Below are positions 50,162 to 64,000 of a DNA stretch of 64,000 nt, one piece after another. Under the pieces are notes generated by a model. The model worked only from the letters and a program-made list of their open reading frames with translations, searched no databases and was not told the DNA's origin. Within the stretch, counting starts at the first letter, position 1; each line of letters starts with the position of its first letter. Made by a program: the position numbers and the translations under genes. Source of the stretch: the human T2T-CHM13v2.0 reference genome, Homo sapiens; the NCBI RefSeq assembly GCF_009914755.1, contig NC_060925.1; one strand, written 5' to 3'.

Positions 50162-50176
50162 TTACCGGTGCTGGTC
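50162..50176 (-). CDS. DIPK1A: Candidate alternative terminal exon of DIPK1A (DQHR*) inside RPL5 intron 1
   Basis: Minus-strand acceptor atttgtttcttcaag|GAC CAG CAC CGG TAA, with ATTAAA at 49881-49876. I recall a short FAM69A isoform ending in this region; unverified. Confidence 0.5.
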   Translation of the reverse strand, partial: DQHR

Positions 50177-50530
50177 CTTGAAGAAACAAATATGGAAATT
50201 GAAAGCGTTTAAAACCTTTTGAAAGCAATATAACAATAATTTTATACCTGTTAAATGTAATAAATTGGGGCCTGCATTTTGTATGTTTCTTTTATTCCAT
50301 ATTTCTCTAAGGATTCATTTTTATTGTTTTATGAAACTACTAGTCTGTGACATGGAAGGTAGAGGAAAAAGATTCTTGACCCTAGTTGCTTGTGAAACCT
50401 GGGATTCTACAAGTGACAGTTGTCTGTTTACTCTTGAAGTTCAAGTGTTACTTTGTTACATGGTTAATTTATGTCAAAAGTATCATAGGCTAAGACATCA
50501 AAGTTTTAATAACATTCTTTTTTCTTTAAG

Positions 50531-50895
<365 letters not shown>

Positions 50896-51920
50896 TAGCA
50901 CCTCCAAAAGCATCCAGTGAATAATTTTTCCTTTTAGTAGGTCTAGAATTGGAACCTGGGAACTTGGTACTTTAAAAAATGCTCTTGGTTGCGCTCATGC
51001 CTGTAATCCCAGCACTTCGGGAAGATTGCTTGAGCCCAGGAGTTTGAGACCAGCCTGGGCAATATAGTGAGAGTTTGTCTTCACAAAAAATGTAAGAAAA
51101 TTAGCTGGGCATGGCGGGGCGCACCTGTAGTCCCAGCTACTCAGTGGGAGGATTGTTTGAGCCCCGAGGTTGAGGCTGCAGTGAAGTGAGATCACACCCA
51201 GCCCTCCAACCTAGGTGACAGAGCAAGACACTGAAACCTAGTTTATGTGTGTGGGGTGGGGAGATTAGAAGTAAGTAAGAAGTTCTTGCCCATCCCAATT
51301 CCAGTAGAAGAATAGGGTTTGTCCTGATTTTTCCTATATGGCCTTATATGCCACTTAACCACTGAAAAGGTAGTTGTGAATTAAACAGGGCTTTAAGATT
51401 GTTCTGCTTATTCTTTGAAATAGGTTTTAATAAAATGTACAAAGGTGGCTCCCGCATGAAAGACCTTTAGGAAGTGTCAGTTTTGCTCTTGTACTAAGAG
51501 CATTCTCACTGGACTCTGAAAGCTAGAATCCTGGGCTTTTACAACTAGGAGAAATTCTGAGAGTTAAGATTTATTGATATTTTGCAGCAGGTAGGCACAC
51601 CTGTTTCCTGGGCAAATAGTTTGTTGATTGTGAAGGCATTGTCTTCCTCCGTACCCAAGTTCAGATAACTAAACGTTAGGTTCCTGAGACTTTGCTGACT
51701 TTAGTTATGTTTAGTTCAAAAGATGATTGAAATATTTGGGTATTCCTCTTTGACTTTTTAAGCACCTCTAATTTACTGGTAACCCAGCTAAGAGTCTTAA
51801 GCATTTTAAGTGATGTTCATCTGTGTCCATCAATGTTTTTTTATTCCCTTGAAAAATAATTAAGATGTAGTAAGACAGTGAAAGCAACAGATTACTAACC
51901 TAGTTTCTCTCTTACTATAG

Positions 51921-52067
<147 letters not shown>

Positions 52068-52599
52068 TGATTTTAATTGATGTAGTTTGTGGCTGATTGC
52101 TTGGAGAGTTTTCTGCAAGATGTTTGTACATGGATAAGATAGCTTAAGTTGTGCTTCAGGAGAGTGCTTGCTTCCAGTTTTCTGCTTTGTTAATGGATCT
52201 ATCTAGGTCAGCTCTTTCCAATAAAATTTTCTGCAATGACACAAATCTGTAATTTGCTGTCCAGTGGTTTTGCCACTAGCGACCTGCAGCTGTTGAGTTC
52301 CAGCAGTATGTAAACTTGAATTTGAAAATCCACTTGTAGCTAGTGTCTACTTAATTGGACAATGAAGACCCTTGCTACTTAGGTATACATTCTGAATGTT
52401 GGCAAACATTAAAAATGCAGACTCGTGGGAACTCCACTCTAGACCTTCTGGAATCTGTATTTTGATAGTATGTACCAAGTGATTTATATGCACATTAAAA
52501 CTGGAGAATCTTGGCTAGGCGCGGTGGCTCACACTTATAATCCCAGCACTTTGGGAGGCCGAGGAGGGTGGATCACTTGAGGTCAGGAGTTTGAGACTA

Positions 52600-52800
<201 letters not shown>

Positions 52801-53330
52801 TCAAAAAAAAAAAAAAAAAATGAGAATCTTAGTGTTTTGGAGAGTGGCCATTGACGGGAAGATTCATTTTTGTTTTAAACATTTTTCCTGGTAGATGAAG
52901 ATGGGATTTTGCCTTGTTTTTATTATCTGAGTTTTTTACCTTGTTTTGCAATGGAATTGTTAAGCATGTGCAGCAAGGTTGATGACAACCCACTCATTGG
53001 TTATAAACATGTTTTAATGGAGGGAACATTGTAAGTATAAGAATCAAGTTTATGCATTCTCATTGATTGCTGCATAAGTCAAGTGTGGACATGTAGCAAA
53101 GATGCAAAAGTCATAAAACAAAATTGTTTCAAGTGAAATTGAATGTTTTAAGTTTTTTTTTTAAATAGCATTTAAAAATTCATGAGCAAGTGGATCTGGT
53201 GAAAGGGTGGGTGTGGAAGGAAATTTTCTTTTCCAGATGTCAGTGGTCCTTACGGTTATGACATAAGCTATTTTAATTTTAGAGCAGTTTGAATAATTGA
53301 AACCAGCATTTACATTGGTTTCTTGAATAG

Positions 53331-53534
<204 letters not shown>

Positions 53535-54429
53535 TAAGAATACTATTTAAGACCTTGGTGCCTGGACCGTGGTACTTCCCTGTTTTTAACTAGTTGGACT
53601 GTGGAGATAACCGAATTAAAGTAGCTATCAATTGAATGCCTGCTGTATGCCTAGGTACCATGCAGGAGGAACCTAGTAGGGCAGGAAGGAATTATAGCCC
53701 ATTTTATAAATTAAGAGTCTGAGGCCCAGAGTTATTTGTCCCAAGTTTTTCGGGCCAGTTATTGAAAGAGATGGGATTGAAACCACTACCTTTTGCATAT
53801 GACTTAATTCTTATTAGAAATGAGCAACTCCATCCTCTTTCCCCATGCACTTTCTTTTTTCAATCAGAATAAAAATGATTTACTGAATTATGCAAAAAGG
53901 TGGATCCTAGAATTTTATAAGAAGTTTGAGGAAAAGGCTTATGAAAGATTTCTAAACCTGCAACTAGGAATAAGATTGTAGGCCATTTTGGGAAGTTAAG
54001 TAGGTTAATTTGTAGTTCCATTGGTTTAATGATATTTTTTGTTGTTGAGTCTGTGCATCTTGATTTATTAACTTCTTAGGAATATTTTAGCATTTGGTGA
54101 TTTAACCAAGAAATAGTAATTTTTGGTAAGCCTAAAATACAACCCAACTGAAATTTTGCTTTTATGATGTGGAGGTGGGTGGGGGGAGTTAGTTGCAAGT
54201 ACACCAAGAGCATTCTCACTTGACAATTTCATTAACTGTGATCTTGGACAAATCACTTATTCCCATGTACCCACTGAAAATTAAAGGATTTAGAGTATAA
54301 GTTTTGAAACTCCTTCCTGTGCTGATGTGCTGGATGACTAATTTTGTAGTGGTGGAAAGCCTTGGTAATGGCTTTTAAAGGTTTTTGTAGCATGAATTTC
54401 TTTTCTGTCCTGGAATTCAGAGATGAGCT

Positions 54430-54524
54430 GCTGAATGATGATATCCCACTAACTGAGCAGTCAGTAGTTGGTCCTTTGGTTGCATATGATGCGATAATTG
54501 TTTCAAGACGGGACTGATGGCAGC
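54430..54524 (+). ncRNA. SNORD21: SNORD21 (U21) box C/D snoRNA in RPL5 intron 5
   Basis: C box ATGATGA at 54435-54441 and D box CTGA at 54514-54517, with terminal stem AGCTGC/GCAGCT. The guide GTTTCAAGACGGG is complementary to the conserved 28S sequence CCCGUCUUGAAAC. It ends ~70 nt before the 3' splice site. Confidence 0.95.
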
Positions 54525-54596
54525 TACTAAAGTAAATTCTTACTAGTAAACTAAGTTAAGTGAGTCTATACTAAAATATGAATAACTTTATTTTAG

Positions 54597-54774
54597 TACC
54601 AAACGATTCCCTGGTTATGATTCTGAAAGCAAGGAATTTAATGCAGAAGTACATCGGAAGCACATCATGGGCCAGAATGTTGCAGATTACATGCGCTACT
54701 TAATGGAAGAAGATGAAGATGCTTACAAGAAACAGTTCTCTCAATACATAAAGAACAGCGTAACTCCAGACATG
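54597..54774 (+). CDS. RPL5: RPL5 exon 6 ([15 protein letters not shown]...KNSVTPDM)
   Basis: ttttag| ... |gtaaaa; 178 nt. Confidence 0.97.
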
Positions 54775-55154
54775 GTAAAACATTTACCTAAAAATGCCTA
54801 TATTGGTTAATTTATGGAAATAGGTTTATTACTTGTTTTGGGGGCAGGTAACATTCTTATATAGGTGTGTTTCTTGACAACATGAGCTAGACTTGTCAAC
54901 ATTCTTTTAGTAATCTTTTAGATGCTCAAGTGTGGGAGACTTCAAGCATCTGAAGATTTGGCTACCTTTTATGCTTTGGCTGTTCTGTATTTGTAGATGT
55001 CATTTCTGTAATCATAGTTGTAATCTGCTTTGTTTGATAAGAGGTGCTAGATAATAAACTTCACTTATTTTGATACCATCTGGGAGGAAAGCTCTTCATA
55101 GCATATGTGTGCTATATTCTGGACTTTCCCATTATCTCAGACATGTACACAGGA

Positions 55155-55221
55155 AAAGAGATTTGATCACTGGGTCTGCGTGATGTTGTAGAAATGAGGG
55201 GAGCCATGTTTGCAAGAATGA
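55155..55221 (+). pseudogene. Degenerate SNORA66 paralogue (5' hairpin) in RPL5 intron 6
   Basis: 55163-55221 aligns ungapped to 57869-57927 at 45/59 identities (hand count). Confidence 0.8.
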
Positions 55222-56238
55222 GTCCCAAAGTGCTGGGCTTACAGATGAGAGCCATTCCTGACCCAGGTTCTTTTTCGTTAGTGTGTAGTAGCTTCTATTT
55301 TGGCATAGCTATTGGTTAGGAAAATTTTTAAAAACAGTAGTTGGGAAATGACCACTTTCTGTTATTTCTATGCTTTGGACACAGTGTAAAGGCTGAATAA
55401 ACAAATAGCTTGAGTTTCTGAGTTAGGAAAAGGAGTAGTTTTTTATCAGTAATGTAGGTGCATGTTAATTTTTACTGCGTTATATTTCTTTGTTACTTAT
55501 GACTTCATCCTGGTAAAGAGGTCATTTACTTTTGGATTATGATTCTACTAGTCTTGCAAAATTTACTTCCTAACCTATATCTTTATGTAGTCATGTCATA
55601 CTTGCTCAGAACTTTTCAGACTCCCAGTTTGTGCTTTCAGATGTTTACTTCCTAATGCTTTCCTGTATATGTGCCTTCCTTCAGCTAGACTACTTTTTGG
55701 CTAATGTATTTTTCTAGCTGGCTCATTAATTTTATCTACAGTGGCCTCTATCCTCCTGTGTGCCTGCTGAAATCCTGTGCAGACATCTGATGTGTCTCCA
55801 ACAGGAGGTGGTCTTTACCTCAATTCAGGCATTATCTACATGTCTGCTTGTCTGATGTCTTGGAAGGAACTGGGTTGCTTAGATTTGTTGAATGACTATA
55901 TATGAAGTCATCAAATGGATTTGTTATTTGTTAGTGAACAGCTAGCTATAATAGAGTGCTAAAAGAGGTAGGGAAATTAACTTTCAAAATGGGTATAGGT
56001 AGTTGAGGTTTCAAATGCAGTGAGCATTTTTGCATTATTTTCCTTTAATAATCTTTATGCAAATGCATGTAGTAATCACATCTCCACATTGATTGAATAA
56101 TTTTAGAGACCTGGATTACTGTGACATAGTCTGTAGTGGGCTATAATTATTAGATATTCAGAGAGTTGCAGCTTTTTTTTTTTTTTTTTTTTCAGTGAGT
56201 TTTAGAACAAAATTGCCCTGGCGGGGCATGGTGGCTCA

Positions 56239-56498
<260 letters not shown>

Positions 56499-56946
56499 TC
56501 AAAAAACAAAAAATTGCCCAATAAAATATCTGATCGGTTGGCTTTTCAGGAAAACTTCTGACATCTTTCTGGTCTAGAGGCCTTATATTACCACTAGATA
56601 CTAGGGATAGATTGGTGGTAGTGAAAGACAGAAGAGAGGTCCTTGGTACATAATGCTGGGAATTACTTTTAAAGGCCTGTGAGATAAAGATGGAAAACAA
56701 AAGTCTAGGGATTGTGGGATGACAGATGAATTTGCTTGTTGGCCTGTGTCCAGTCCTTGGTCTCAGTTAAGCTATGTCAGTGTTGTGACTCTTGGTCCCA
56801 TACGTTCATCATCTTAATATCTTAATACTTTTGGCACTTGTTCTTGAATGAAAGAATCTAGGTCAGACAGTATTTAAAATGAGAAGCGCAATATTTGTTT
56901 CTGCAGACAAAAATTTGATTTAGAGTGACTCAAGAAGTGTGGCTGA

Positions 56947-57111
<165 letters not shown>

Positions 57112-57638
57112 TAGCTGGGGTTATAGGTGTGCACCACCATGCCCTGCTAATTTTTTTTTTTTTTTTTTAATTTTTGGTAGAGATGAGGTCTCATTCTGTC
57201 ATCTAGGCTGGGGTCCAGTGAGCTGTGATTGTGCCACTGCAGCCTTGACCTCCTGGACTCACGTGTAGTCCTGTAGCTGGGACTACAGGTGCATGCCACC
57301 ATTAATAATTGCCACCTGGCTAATTAGTTTTTTTATGGAGACAGGTCTCACTGTGTTGCCTTAGCTGGTCTCAAACTCCTGGGCTGAAGTGATCCTCCCA
57401 CTTCAGACTCCCAAAGTGCTTGAGATTACAGGCATGAACCACCACACCTGGCCTGATTTTTTTCTTGAGTAAGATGGAGTTCTGTAGTGATAATTCACAT
57501 TGCATAAGGTGAAAATTGGGAATTTGTTAGGAAAAGGTGAGTTACATTTAGAAGTTAAAGTGTTTACCAACATTGATTTAGTTTAGTTCCTTTTGAGAAT
57601 CTGGCTTAGAAGGACAAGATAAGTTATGGTTGCATTAA

Positions 57639-57993
<355 letters not shown>

Positions 57994-58881
57994 TAAGTAC
58001 TGGTTACTGCATTTTTTTATTGGCTGACAAGTTGCTTTTTGTTGATCTTTCATGTTTTGATCTTTAAATGGAATAGAAAGTAATACTTAATGAACATGTA
58101 AGCATAAAGTGATGTGATGGCCCACAAATACAATGTATAGTAATTAAATCAATGTATTTAACATATTCACCTCAAATACTTAACACTTTGTGGCAACAAC
58201 ATTTGAAATTTATTCTCTTAATTGTGAAATGTACGATATTCTATATTCATCATGCTGTGCAATAGAACTAAAAACAAAATCATACTCCTCCTGTTGGAGA
58301 TTTTATACTTGACTATCATCTGCCCATTCTTTGCACCCACCAGCCTCTGTAACCACCATTCTGCTCTCTGCTTCTGTGAGTTCCATTGTTTTAGATTCTA
58401 TATGAATATGAAGTATTTGTCTTTTTGTGCCTGGCTTATTTCACTGAGCACAATATTCTCCACTTCATTCATGTTGCAAATGACAGAATTTCCATCATTT
58501 TTAAAGACTGGGTAATAATCCATTATGTATATGTATACCACATTTCCTTTATCCATTTATCTGTTGCTATTAATATATAGTGCTGCAATGAACATGGGAG
58601 TGCCACTCTCTTGGACAAACTGATTTCAAAACATTTGGGCAAATACCTAGAAGTGGTATTACTGAATCTAACATGTCTTCTATTTGACTTTTGGCCCTAT
58701 GGTAGTAGGACATCACAGAAGTTGGGGTTTGGGAAAGTTAGCTTAAGATCATACATAAGTAAATGTATTTGAACTTGGATTATTTAACCTTCTGATTGCA
58801 AAGTCTTAAATATTCTCTATCAAAATTAAATTTTATTAAAATTTTAAATTAAATATTCTATTCTCTTCAGTTATAGTTTAA

Positions 58882-59007
<126 letters not shown>

Positions 59008-59043
59008 ACCCAGCAATTTTCTATGATTTTTTCAGATATAGAT

Positions 59044-59049
59044 AATAAA
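59044..59049 (+). terminator. RPL5: RPL5 polyadenylation signal AATAAA
   Basis: 36 nt after the stop codon, followed by a U/GU-rich downstream element. Confidence 0.9.
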
Positions 59050-59323
59050 CTTATGAACAGCAACTATTTCTGTGTTAAGCTCTTATTCTTATGAACCTTA
59101 TAGGAAATACCCTGAAATATTTTGGAAAAGCAAAGGAGTTGACAGGTTTTTTTCTCCAAGAAAACAAGTGTAACTAACTTTTTAAGAAAAAAAGTTGTTA
59201 TTTCTTGGGCTTCTGTTTTACCTGACAGGAGTCATTATCCCTTATGTTGTATGATGAACAGCTCTCCCTAAAAATTTGGCAAGCAACAGACCAACCATCA
59301 GTGGGAAATATTTCTTCCATCCA

Positions 59324-59329
59324 TTTATT
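59324..59329 (-). terminator. DIPK1A: Likely DIPK1A polyadenylation signal AATAAA (a second candidate at 59734-59739)
   Basis: TTTATT on the plus strand at the end of ~1.2 kb of repeat-free AU-rich 3'UTR. Confidence 0.7.
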
Positions 59330-60525
59330 ATAACCAGATGATGAATGGGAAAAGTACCTTAAAGTAAACAAAACTGGTGCTAATCCATGGCGTTGAAGGA
59401 AAGTTTTGAGAGAAAGCTGTCCAGTGATGGTCACATAGATTTTTAACATGTTCCACTTTAGGTAGGCGAAACCTTTGAGCAGAAAATAGTGGATCTTTTC
59501 TCCAAAAGGTGTTTAATTTTATGGAGATGTTGAAAGGTACATGCCAAATCTGAGTATACGTGTGAAAATAATATGAAAGAGGAGCAAATACTAAACCTTG
59601 TATATCAAGTTTACATGGGGAAAAAAACATTAGATAAATAAATACATTTACATGCCTCTTTAAGAAATAGCCCTTTGGCCCACAGGATATACTGTTTGAA
59701 AATGGAAAGTTATTACTAAAAAGTCTGCTATAATTTATTTTAGTCTTGCACTTAACAGTCCCACTTTCACATAGTTCAAAATCAGGATATGTGGATCTTG
59801 ATTGGGCCTTAAGATGTCAGTTTTGAAGGGCTCAGTCAGCTGCGTGATACTAAGATGGGCCCTTTGAATCTTTAGGAAAGTTCATCCATTTTTAGTCAAT
59901 AAAATTGGTGTACTGTCAAGTATAAGATTTCTTGAAGTAAGCCACTTGAACCATTGTGAAGCTACACATAACTTGATGTCTGAATGAGGTTAAAAATGGG
60001 TGTATAAGTCTTTAATACAGTAAACCATGCTATTAACCCAACATCTGTTTTATAAAGAAGCAAGTTTAACCTGCTTTGCAGTCTTAATTTCTGTTAATGT
60101 GCAAACTTTACCATGCTAAGACATTAGTAAATTTATAAATTTTCTTGTTGAACAGCAGCTTCAATGCAAACACAATGCTTCCAGCATTGGTATTTTGGCT
60201 AAGGTAAATCTACAAATCACTCACTGTTGATGTTTATGGAATGAAGCTTTTCACAGCATTGGTTTTTAAAGTCAGTCAAAATAGTTACACAATGAATGTA
60301 CTTCGGAGATGTAACAGGGCTTCTAAAAGGGCAGGAATGACATCTTGGGGACCTGTTGATCCTACACCTGCCATTACTTCAGTAATCACATACTGATGGC
60401 TTCTCAGGCCTGGGGGGAAGGAGTTTTGTGTAACTGGCAGGAATTTGAAGCCATTTTTTTTTAATGCTCAAAATTGTTCTTTAAAAGTGGCAGGTTTCTT
60501 AAAATGGTAATTATGTCCAAATGAA

Positions 60526-61341
<816 letters not shown>

Positions 61342-61755
61342 TCAAGAATTTGGCTAGTTACACAGAAGGAATGAAAAATACCTCCCATGCAACATACTAA
61401 GTTTCTTTACGGGCATTATTAACCATGCCAGAAATAATCTTGGTACTGAATCCCCAAACAGGAACTTAATGTATTATATCTCCAAATATTTATGATACTT
61501 CCTAAGTGAACTAGAACCATGCTTTATGTAACTGCAGTAAAACCCACTTTAAAATACTTGTCTGTTTGTTAGGAAATGGCCACTAACTCCCCTGTCCCCT
61601 TCAGGCCCCTTAGATAGTTAACCAACAATGTAATTATTCCTCATTCATACATTAAAAAACCACCGCCTCATATGTGGACTTGAAAAATTGTACTGTAATG
61701 TACTTACATCAAAGTTACAATAAGGGTCAACTAAAAATTATTTTCCTTTTTTTAG

Positions 61756-61935
<180 letters not shown>

Positions 61936-62077
61936 TAATGAAGATTAAAAAGTATTTCCGTTAGTCTGAAATACATGTAAAATGGCCAAATAAAAAATTT
62001 GAGTGAAAATAAAAGAGCAATGAAAATAAAACTTTTTTCTAAAACTTTGTTTTATTTCTATTTAATCTATATATTAG

Positions 62078-62387
<310 letters not shown>

Positions 62388-62985
62388 TATATTGGTATTC
62401 CTTTAAATTAAAAAAATAATTTGCAGAGTACCGTTTTTTTTTTTTTTTGCATAGGAAGAACTGCTATGCTTTTTTTCCCGTTAGTTTTAGTGACATGTAA
62501 TAACTACAAATTTATGGGATACTGATGGGCACAATTGCTCAAGCCAGTAATTCCAGCACTTTGGGAAGCCAAGGTGGGCAGATAGCTTGAGCTCAGGAGT
62601 TCTAGACCCGCCTGGGCAACATGGTGAAACCGTGTCTATGCTAGAAAAAAAAAAAAAAAAAAACCGTCTCTGCTGAAAAAAAAAAAAAAATGCTGGATGC
62701 GGTGGCTCACGCCTGTAATCCCAGCGCTTTGGGAGGCTGAGGCGGGTGGATCACCATGAGGTCAGGAGTTCGAGACCAGCCTGGCCAAAATAGTGAAATC
62801 CCATCTCTACTAAAAATACAAAAATTAGGTGTGGTGGCGGGTGCCTGTAATCCCAGCTACTCGGGAGGCTGAGGCAGGAGAACTGCTTGAATCTGGGAGG
62901 CAAGGTTGCAGTGAGCTGAGACCATGCCACTGCACTCCAGCCTGGGCAACAGAGCGAGACTCCGTCTAAAAAAAAAAAAAAATTA

Positions 62986-63348
<363 letters not shown>

Positions 63349-63924
63349 TCAATACACACATACAATTTGTAATGATCAAATCAAGGTAATTAGCATATTT
63401 ATGTCTCAGTTATCATTGTGTTGTGAACATTCACAATCCTTTTAGTTTTTTGAAAATAACCAAAAATTATTAATCCCTTTACCCTATAGTGCTATAGAAC
63501 ACTAGAACTTATTCTGCCTATCTAGCGGTAATTTTGTATCTGTTAACCAACCTCTCCTTATTCTCCTCTCCTCTGTACCCTTCCCAGCCTCTAATAGCCA
63601 CAATTCTAAGAGTATACTCATTTTATTTCACCTTTTTTGAATTAATTTTCATGTCAAACTGTACAGCACTCCAATTAATTAATGAACTCCCTCCTCATAT
63701 CTGGACATTTTTAGCTATCATAAATAATGTTAAAGTAAACATTCTCCAACACAGATTTCTTTTCTTTTTCTTTTTTTTTTTGAAACAGGGTCTCACTTTG
63801 TCGTCCAGGCTGGAGTGCAGTGGTGAGATCTTGGCTCACTGCAACCTCGACCTCCCAGGCTCAAGCAATCCTAGCACCTCAGCATCTCAAGTAGTTAGGA
63901 CTACAGGCACATGCCACCACTCCT

Positions 63925-63927
<3 letters not shown>

Positions 63928-63993
<66 letters not shown>

Positions 63994-64000
63994 ATATATA
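63928..64000. repeat. (TA)n/(TG)n microsatellite within an Alu linker
   Basis: Read directly from the sequence. Confidence 0.95.

Overview
Human genomic DNA that I recognise from its encoded proteins as the EVI5-RPL5-DIPK1A(FAM69A) locus on 1p22. It holds two alternative 5' ends of EVI5 on the minus strand: a CpG-island exon near 2.0 kb and a TATA-type coding exon at 9543-9593. The complete 8-exon RPL5 gene (+, 49183-~59065; 894-nt CDS, intact 297 aa) hosts SNORD21 and SNORA66. The last coding exon and 3'UTR of DIPK1A (-) converge tail-to-tail on RPL5. The background is extremely Alu-rich, with L1, L2, MaLR LTR and hAT fossils. Main observations: (1) the DIPK1A terminal exon carries an in-frame TAA at 60607-60609 where the known protein has Gln, removing the last 27 residues. 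(2) A chain of non-repeat, AG/GT-bounded, protein-like segments on the minus strand between the RPL5 promoter and EVI5 looks like a decayed multi-exon gene head-to-head with RPL5 (inference). (3) RPL5 introns contain degenerate snoRNA copies (SNORA66-like, and possibly SNORD21-like), and a SNORA51 retrocopy lies in the DIPK1A intron. (4) Several templated-insertion and inversion scars are visible. Gene identities and reference sequences are from memory; no search was run. Repeat boundaries are approximate.
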